A stretch of 63,343 nucleotides of DNA, filler included, from Stramenopiles sp. TOSAG23-2 (taxonomy: Eukaryota): NCBI GenBank assembly GCA_900128395.1. It is 16 parts of 16 records of this genome, joined end to end, with 100 filler letters (N's around TTAATTAATTAA, not from the genome) between each part and the next. Parts side by side here need not be neighbours in the genome. Positions count along the whole stretch, not along the records: positions 53,972 to 57,999 come from LT651021.1; positions 58,100 to 62,126 come from LT651022.1; positions 62,227 to 63,343 come from LT653678.1; 13 more parts are not named here. The stretch is one strand, 5' to 3'. A program made the position numbers and the translations under genes. Positions 55,894 through 63,343 of this stretch are shown one piece after another. The notes beneath the pieces were generated by a model. It searched no databases and was not told the DNA's origin. It saw only the letters and a program-made list of their open reading frames with translations. Numbering within the stretch: position 1 is the first letter of the stretch; each line of letters begins with the position of its first letter.

Positions 55894-57741
55894 ATGGATC
55901 AATTTAGCTTTGATTGGGGAAGGCATGAGCGTGTAGCAATACATAGCTTCAAAGAATTTAGGGCATATGATTATAATCATACGTTTGATGAACATTTTGC
56001 AAATTTAAAACCAGAAAATTTTAATGAAGCTTCTCATGGTATTGTACTGCCTGCATATCTTCGAAATGGTCAAGATACTGAAGTATTAAATATTGTTGAC
56101 GGTAGCAATATCACAAATTGGGAATGTCGTAAAATTGCATATGCAGTGCCGCAAGTGCCAATGCCATTAACTGTTGGTTTACTTATCAATTTGAATAATC
56201 CAAATGGCGGTTGCAACGTTCACTGTCTTGAATTATTTTGGGGAACTGGTTCTCGTTTAGATCGTGAACCAAAACGATATTGTATCGATATATTACCGAT
56301 GAATACATCAAAATTTCAACGAATTTATAGCAAATCAAACAAAAGGAACGAAAATTTTGTTGCTCATAACATTCAATCATTTTTGCCACAATCATCCGAC
56401 GTAAGACTTTTGACACCCATAGTTGGAGATCGTTTTGCACGTGACTTGCCAAACATTACAACAACAAGAATTGATTTCAAAAATACAATGCAAATTCGAG
56501 CGATTATTATCAAGTTTTTTGACTTGGATGACTTTCAAGATGCGCAACGTCCAATAGCGATTCGTCAACTTCATGTATGGGGTCGCTTGGCGTCTGATCC
56601 AACTGGTGCAGCTGATGTAGTTCGCAATACACGTCTCAGACCACCTTTAAGCGAATTAAATTTTGTTTTAGACTCAAGATTGTTCACATCACCAATCATT
56701 GGCGTTGTGGCGATTGAACGTAATATCAGAGCTAGGCATTCAAGAGGAATCGATTTAAACAGCATGCTACAGCAAATTACTGGTGAAAAAAGTAAAAATG
56801 GACAAAATGATTCTACAAACCTATTGGCACTTAATAAATCTGTCTTTTCCGGTGATGATGGTAGTGTAGGTTGTAATGTGATTATAAATAATTATATGAA
56901 TACTACTTCTGAGAATGTAAATGCGCATTCCATTGTTAAACAATCAAATACATCATTAGCAGAAAAAATATTTCACAAGCATTTAGGCAGATTTTACAAT
57001 TTGCCATTCCATTTAGTACAAGAGATATTTCATTACTTTAATTATCAAGATTTGCAAACATTTGGGCGTATAACAAAAGTATTAGGATTTTATGGCACAT
57101 ATTTATGGACCAGTTATAAATTGGAAGTTGGAAAACAATTTGTAAATTGGGGTCTTTTATCATGTTCAAGTGCAACTGCGACATCAAGATGGAACCAAAC
57201 AGAGGATGAAGATCCAAACAATTTGTTAGATGGCAATAGCAGAAGTTGGTGGAGCAGCGCTAGCGTACAAGAATGTGATATTAAAATAGATTTGGGTCAT
57301 GTCGTTCCCGTGGAACAAATTGATATTTTATGGGGGGATGACAATGGCCGAATTCGACCATGTTCAAGAATTTTTACAATTGAAGTGTCGTTGGATTCTA
57401 AACAATATGAAGTTGTGAAACGTTTTAATGGTGGCGATAATTTAACACAAACTTGGAGAAACCATCACAATCGAGCCTTCATGCCTCGTCATGACGTGTT
57501 AGATTATACAACCACAAGTGCAACCATGAATGAACGCCCTGTTCGATACGTTAAAGTACATTTAGTAGAACGTGCACCAAGATGGGCCAACCATGCAATT
57601 ACATCTATCAATATCTATGGATTTGGTCGTTTGTATGAAAATCCTTTAATAGGTCAAGATGAATTTATGAATGTTGACAATGATCAGAATGCGAATGAAC
57701 CACCCAAAAAAACAGTATGTACCCAATGTAATACAACATAA
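55894..57741 (+). CDS. F-box protein with F5/8 type C (discoidin, galactose-binding-like) domain(s)
   Basis: F-box FYNLPFHLVQEIFHYFNYQDLQTFGRITK. C-terminal ATATS..PNNLLDGNSRSWWSS..IKIDLG..FTIEVSLD..RYVKV. Confidence 0.75.
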   Translation: MDQFSFDWGRHERVAIHSFKEFRAYDYNHTFDEHFANLKPENFNEASHGIVLPAYLRNGQDTEVLNIVDGSNITNWECRKIAYAVPQVPMPLTVGLLINLNNPNGGCNVHCLELFWGTGSRLDREPKRYCIDILPMNTSKFQRIYSKSNKRNENFVAHNIQSFLPQSSDVRLLTPIVGDRFARDLPNITTTRIDFKNTMQIRAIIIKFFDLDDFQDAQRPIAIRQLHVWGRLASDPTGAADVVRNTRLRPPLSELNFVLDSRLFTSPIIGVVAIERNIRARHSRGIDLNSMLQQITGEKSKNGQNDSTNLLALNKSVFSGDDGSVGCNVIINNYMNTTSENVNAHSIVKQSNTSLAEKIFHKHLGRFYNLPFHLVQEIFHYFNYQDLQTFGRITKVLGFYGTYLWTSYKLEVGKQFVNWGLLSCSSATATSRWNQTEDEDPNNLLDGNSRSWWSSASVQECDIKIDLGHVVPVEQIDILWGDDNGRIRPCSRIFTIEVSLDSKQYEVVKRFNGGDNLTQTWRNHHNRAFMPRHDVLDYTTTSATMNERPVRYVKVHLVERAPRWANHAITSINIYGFGRLYENPLIGQDEFMNVDNDQNANEPPKKTVCTQCNTT

Positions 57742-58410
57742 AAGAAAAATACAAACAAATGTAAAAAATAAAAACAAAACAACAAATGTTAAACAATGAA
57801 AAGGAGTATGACGCCCGTGTAACTTGTTTTTGAATAAAAAAACTTTGTACATTTTTAAGAAAAATTACGAAAGTTAAACACGATCACGTATAATGAAAAA
57901 AATAAAATAAAAAATGAAAAAAATTACCATACATGAATACTAGACATAATAGTTTAATTAATTGCATAACGTGCTAACTTATATTTTTATCAAATTAAAN
58001 NNNNNNNNNNNNNNNNNNNNNNNNNNNNNNNNNNNNNNNNNNNTTAATTAATTAANNNNNNNNNNNNNNNNNNNNNNNNNNNNNNNNNNNNNNNNNNNNA
58101 TCACATAAAATCTACATAGTATATTGTACTTATTAGTATATACACACACGAATGAACTAAAAAAAAAGTGTGGTGTGGAAGACCAGATTTTGGATTTTGT
58201 TGAACGATGTATAAGGGTTTTCGGCATGATTTTTGAGAACGGCAATACATAATACATATAACATATACGTGCGATCGGTTTGTACACCTTGTTGACCTCA
58301 CGCCTCAGGCAGGGATAAACAAGAGTACAAAATAAAATGTATGTCAACGATATACAGAAACACGGGCTAAGACACACGCAATAAAAAGCATACAATTCTC
58401 TTCGACAATC

Positions 58411-61400
58411 ATGAAGAAATATAGCGCCATTACTACCTTCCTCGTCGCTTGGTGTTGGTTCGTCGTCTTCGTTTCTTGCGCAACTGCAACTCATACAGCG
58501 CAAACATCGGAAGCAGTTCACGCCATATGTAAGGTGCGCGAAAATGTGCTATCTACACTTGAGCAGGATGGTTTTATTAATGTAAATATGCAGATAAGAA
58601 AATGGTTTCATCGCAAATACTCTGCTTGCTACTACGACTCTGATAATTTTGAAGAAAAGGGTGAATTTTATAACAAAGTTGGAGTACAAAAATTACCAGC
58701 ATGGAATCAAGAAACGTCTGGTAAGTTTAAACTTGTTAATGACGTAACCACTAATGCAACTATTTATGTAAGTGGTATATTACAAATTACAGGAATTGTA
58801 CGTCGAAATGAAGCAAAACCTGCTATTGATGGTGGTGGTAAAACTGGTTGTGTAGGGGGAAAGTGTCCTGGTCATACAGTATTTATTCTATATTCGTATA
58901 ATCAATGGGGGGGCCCAGAACTTCGTTTAAACTTGACAAATATTACTATCCGGAATGGACGAAGCCCCGGCATTCACTCAGGAAACGGTGGTGGGTTTTA
59001 TATCGCAGATGGTGAGACAGGCGTTGTGGTAACATTAATAGAATGTGTAATATCGCATAACACAGCTGGTGATGGTGGTGGGTTCTATATAACTCAAAAT
59101 GCGGCTTCCGTGTATGTAAGATTGTTAAACTGTATAATATCGTATAATCATGCTACCGAAGGTAGTGGAGGTGGACTTTCAATCAACAATGGAAATGTTA
59201 TCATTGTATCAAGTCACTTCATTAATAATACCGCAAGCAATGAAGGCGTAAGCATCCTCACCATTTCCAAAATTCTTGTTGTAAACAGTACGTTTCAGCC
59301 ACATAACTCAATTAGCGGAACTTTGGAATCATGTAGTCAAGGAATATGCCAAAAAGCTATTTCATCATTACCAAATTATGGTATCGGTTGCGCAAAAAAA
59401 AAAGCAAACGAAGGCATTGAATGTTGTGCTTGCCTTCCAGGCAAATATCTTCCAAAACTGTCTCCCAACTCAGCTTGTTTATCATGTTTGCCTGGTTTTG
59501 CAACAAACAGGTATGGAAGCGCTACATGCAAAGCTTGTCCAGCAGGAGAATATGCTCCATACGAAGGAGCAAAAAAGTGTATATCCAAATTCGCACCTTT
59601 ATTGAAAGTGTCTTCCAACCCAAAAAATAAATACAAGCTCGATTTAGAATGGGAGCTTCCACCGCACTTCAATGCTACTTCAAACAAACTACTTTTGGTT
59701 GTCGAGCCAATTGATAGTCTTACTCTTAAAATTGATGCTAACGCCGTAATTAAAGTTCTAGCAAATACAGGAAATGCTACCACTGGTATTTTGGCTCATC
59801 GTATCGTAGACCGTGTATACCAGATAAGAATATACTTGCAAAATGCAATGAATAAAACCGTTACTGACAAGCTAACATACACTAAATCATGGTTGACTAC
59901 GTTTTCATGTAGAGACAGTAATTTTTATCTGAATACAAATGATCTATATATGGAAAATTGGAATTGTGCCAGATGTCCAAGCGTTGGAGCATCCTGCGAA
60001 GGTCTAATTACATGGTCTGGTATTAAACCAAAGTTTGGATTTTGGCAAGACACTGATCAAAGAGAAAACCAAAGAAATAGTTTTTATACATGTCTACGTC
60101 CACAGTCATGCCACGGTGCAAAAAATGACGCATTAGTAGCACGATTTCCAATATTGGCAAATGAAAATAATATGACGGTTGGGTGTGCCGAACAGTTTTC
60201 TGGTCGTTTATGTGCTACATGCAGAAATGGTTATGCGCGTGGATCAAAAATTGGTTCATGCACAAAATGTAAAGAGCCAAAAAATTTCTTCATTTTAATT
60301 GGCGCTATCATTCTTGCTGCAATTGGCACTATTATTTTAATACGAATCACAGTTTTTAAACCGCGAGAGGTTCATCTATCCGATGGTGTCAAAAAAATTG
60401 TTTTGTCGTATTTACAATTAGCATCACTGGCCGCCCACGCCAACGTTCCCTGGACATCATCGTTTCAACAATTATTTACCTTTCAGCAACAATCAACAAG
60501 TATTGCAGATGCATTTTTATCGCTGGATTGTGTATTGGATTACATGAAATCTTGGGATGTATTTGTTATAAAATTGTTTGGTATGTTGCTAATACCCATG
60601 GTTATTGTTCCATTTGCTTACTGTGGGATACATTGCTGTAGAAAAATATGGCCTAATGATGGACATTGGAAAGATCAGTTTGTTGCTAGCGTTGTTTTAC
60701 TATGGTACTTAGCATTTCCATCAATTGTACAGAAATTAGCAATGCTAATCAGATGCACATCACGAATAAATGGCGTACGATATGCTGTAGTAGACCCACG
60801 TGTACCGTGCTTTGTCGGTGAGCATAGTTCTGTATTTTGGACTAGTGGTTTCCCCGGTTTCGTTATATATGTAATTGGGCTTCCTTCGGTTGGAGTATAT
60901 ACTTTAAAACATGCAGATCGTTTATCACCAGATACCCAACTACGTTACGGTATATTGTATGATGGGTACTCCGAGAAATATTGGTACTGGGAGGTTGTTG
61001 TAGTGCTTCGTAAAATTGCTATAATTCTCATAGGTGGGTTTATGGATGGACAGGCACAAATTTTGGCAATGCAATTAGTATTGTTTTTTGTTCTTTTTGT
61101 AACTGCTATATGCCAACCGTTTTCACATACACACCTGTTACACTTAGAACTTTTATCATTGGCTGTTTGTTTTGTTACATTTTGGATTGGAAGCATGTTT
61201 TTAGCTGAAAGTGCCGAATGTTATAACGGTTCACTTATTGGTTGTACAATTGCTGCTTGTATTATCATTGGTATTAATATTGTCGCCGCCTTAATTTTGG
61301 GTGGTATTTTTTTGAGAGCAAAGTTACGTGAAAAAAAAGACGTGGTTGAAAAAATTTGGAACAGCACTTTGATAGGATGCTTTAGATTTTATTTTGCTAT

Positions 61401-61506
61401 ATTAATTAATAAAATTAAAAAATGTTTGTGTGGAGAAGACAGCCCGAGGCATAATTCGGTATTTGAGTTATTACACGGCCCCAATGAAGAATATGAAAGA
61501 ATTTGA
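58411..61506 (+). CDS. Beta-helix (GGG repeat) + Cys-rich + FN3-like multipass membrane receptor-like protein
   Basis: Signal peptide; NxA..GGG(F/L)xI repeats; CxxCxPGxY/F repeats; GRLCATC; KIVLSYLQ; RYGILYDGY..YWYWEVVVVLRK; several TM helices. Confidence 0.85.
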   Translation: MKKYSAITTFLVAWCWFVVFVSCATATHTAQTSEAVHAICKVRENVLSTLEQDGFINVNMQIRKWFHRKYSACYYDSDNFEEKGEFYNKVGVQKLPAWNQETSGKFKLVNDVTTNATIYVSGILQITGIVRRNEAKPAIDGGGKTGCVGGKCPGHTVFILYSYNQWGGPELRLNLTNITIRNGRSPGIHSGNGGGFYIADGETGVVVTLIECVISHNTAGDGGGFYITQNAASVYVRLLNCIISYNHATEGSGGGLSINNGNVIIVSSHFINNTASNEGVSILTISKILVVNSTFQPHNSISGTLESCSQGICQKAISSLPNYGIGCAKKKANEGIECCACLPGKYLPKLSPNSACLSCLPGFATNRYGSATCKACPAGEYAPYEGAKKCISKFAPLLKVSSNPKNKYKLDLEWELPPHFNATSNKLLLVVEPIDSLTLKIDANAVIKVLANTGNATTGILAHRIVDRVYQIRIYLQNAMNKTVTDKLTYTKSWLTTFSCRDSNFYLNTNDLYMENWNCARCPSVGASCEGLITWSGIKPKFGFWQDTDQRENQRNSFYTCLRPQSCHGAKNDALVARFPILANENNMTVGCAEQFSGRLCATCRNGYARGSKIGSCTKCKEPKNFFILIGAIILAAIGTIILIRITVFKPREVHLSDGVKKIVLSYLQLASLAAHANVPWTSSFQQLFTFQQQSTSIADAFLSLDCVLDYMKSWDVFVIKLFGMLLIPMVIVPFAYCGIHCCRKIWPNDGHWKDQFVASVVLLWYLAFPSIVQKLAMLIRCTSRINGVRYAVVDPRVPCFVGEHSSVFWTSGFPGFVIYVIGLPSVGVYTLKHADRLSPDTQLRYGILYDGYSEKYWYWEVVVVLRKIAIILIGGFMDGQAQILAMQLVLFFVLFVTAICQPFSHTHLLHLELLSLAVCFVTFWIGSMFLAESAECYNGSLIGCTIAACIIIGINIVAALILGGIFLRAKLREKKDVVEKIWNSTLIGCFRFYFAILINKIKKCLCGEDSPRHNSVFELLHGPNEEYERI

Positions 61507-63343
61507 GGTAATAGCAAGTGATGATGATTTATCATGAGATATGATATTAAAAATTTTCTCTTACACTCATGTAATATCATAATATATGATAATATGTAAT
61601 TTTTATTTTTTTTATGAGTTATGTGCTTATATAAATTTCTTTTATTCCCGCGTAAGTTAAATCCCAAATTGTAATAGTGGTATTAATATAACATTTTACT
61701 CTGTGGCAAGCGCAGAGTCTTTCCAGCTTGCCAGCTTGCTGGTATATAGTATTATAGTATATATTATACGTAGGAATCCACCGGTAGACCGGTTGTCGTC
61801 CATCACTCTGGTTCAGAACGCCAACATCCATTATGAATATGTTATTTTTTTCATATTTTGACCACTTTTTTCACTATTTTAAATATTATCTTATACTTGC
61901 AAGTCTACATATAGCATTTTTTATAAAAAAATTTTCTACATTTTTGCACCTTTTTATGGATATTTTTATTATTATGTTGATAAATATGTAAATTGATATT
62001 TCAGGAATAGAGATGATATTAAAGTGCGTCCCTTTCATTGTTATTAGTGTTAAATGGATCGAATTTTCGTCCATTTAAGTGCGTTTCCTTTGCTGTGTTC
62101 CTATTAGACCCTTTTGATAGACTCATNNNNNNNNNNNNNNNNNNNNNNNNNNNNNNNNNNNNNNNNNNNNTTAATTAATTAANNNNNNNNNNNNNNNNNN
62201 NNNNNNNNNNNNNNNNNNNNNNNNNNTTTGAATTCCTACTCATGATAGTAATTAAGACAACAGTACATAGAGTTCGTAAGTGAAAACATATACACACATA
62301 AAAAGATGCACACCGAGTCACGCACACACGAACATATATATATATATATACATTTAATATATATTAATCCTAGGACACATCAATCTAATAAAAATCTATT
62401 ATTTTTTTATTAATTAGATGATCTAGATCTATTATTTATTAATTATTATTTTTTAGATTTATTTATTATTATTATTTATTATTATTATTATTGTTGTTGT
62501 TGGCAGCTCTAGCTTACCTGGTACAGTACAGTATTGCTGTTATATCCAGCTGCATATTATACGAAAATCTATACTGTGTGTGCTGGTGTGCCCAGTATTA
62601 GTACGATAAACATGGACACAGCATAGTATTAATACCACTACAGCCGTCTTCTACTTCCCCCCGACTCTTCGAGCTTTGTATCGTAATAATATCCAAATGC
62701 CGGCACAAAAGCGGGCCAGATGTTGCAGGCAAATTACTGTACCCATTGCAAATTGCATCATCACATGACGACTGTACATTACTCGGTCCCCTCACACTAC
62801 CGTAGTCTACAGTACAGTAATGGTGTCTCGTCTTCTACGTCTTGGCTTCTTTTTCCTGCCAATTCCATAGTCCATAGTATAGTGTGTAGTATAATATTGT
62901 CATACGTGCGGATAGTAGCTATAGCCTTATATTTACATACTTATCCATTGGAATACAGAGTATCAGGTATTGCTTAGACTAATTCTAGATTAATAGACAT
63001 TCTCCCTGCTCTATAATGTATTGTCTGTAGAATATAGCCAGATAGCACCATCTCACCCCCGCCACGCCGCCCATAATATTATTCTTCTTCATCATAAAAA
63101 TAATAATTGAATAAATGCACTAGATAATATAAAAAATATTTTGTATCTTCCTTATTATATACAAATGTTGAAGAGAGATGTAGAATAGTTTATTTACATA
63201 TAAACAAAAAGAAACAAAGTATAGTGAACAAAGAATTACGTAAATACATACATACATACATATATATATATATATTATATAAATAAACCCCAAGAACAAA
63301 CATACATATCATAAAAAGTAAGATTATCACAAAATGGAAAATC

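Noticed and set aside
4072-62226. Regularly spaced TTAATTAATTAA palindromes every ~4.1 kb
   Set aside because: Synthetic six-frame-stop linkers between size-sorted contigs. Gene neighbourhoods across them carry no meaning.

Overview
This window is not one locus. It holds 16 unrelated contigs (15 of about 4 kb plus a 1.1-kb piece) sorted by decreasing length (4071 down to 4027 bp) and joined by artificial 100-nt linkers (44 N + TTAATTAATTAA + 44 N). The DNA is from an AT-rich, almost intron-free, poly-Asn-rich microbial eukaryote. Gene content suggests a heterotrophic marine stramenopile-like protist (inference). Recognisable genes: TSR1, a TPR protein, a MACPF/perforin-like protein, a WD40 protein, an ankyrin protein, a HOL1/TPMT-type halide/thiol methyltransferase, GFA/CENP-V, a phosphotriesterase-family hydrolase, two EF-hand proteins, a Canopy-like protein, a bacterial-type beta-propeller glycosidase-like protein, an EDEM/GH47 mannosidase, a LysM-GT7 galactosyltransferase fusion, a Cys-rich repeat protein, an MFS transporter, an atypical RING-H2, an F-box/discoidin protein and a beta-helix multipass receptor. 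Most notable: (1) a MACPF-paralog tail joined to a full MACPF ORF lacking a suitable ATG, across a U_UUA_AAG -1 frame junction; (2) a triple-module Cys-rich peptide precursor; (3) a toxin-like giant protein with 22-aa amphipathic repeats and a glycine zipper; (4) the LysM-GT7 fusion; (5) a methyltransferase-GFA-PTE cluster; (6) CCAG/CTGG-rich islands upstream of genes. Frequent short tandem duplications that break ORFs are probably assembly artefacts. All family calls come from motifs recognised by eye; no searches were run.
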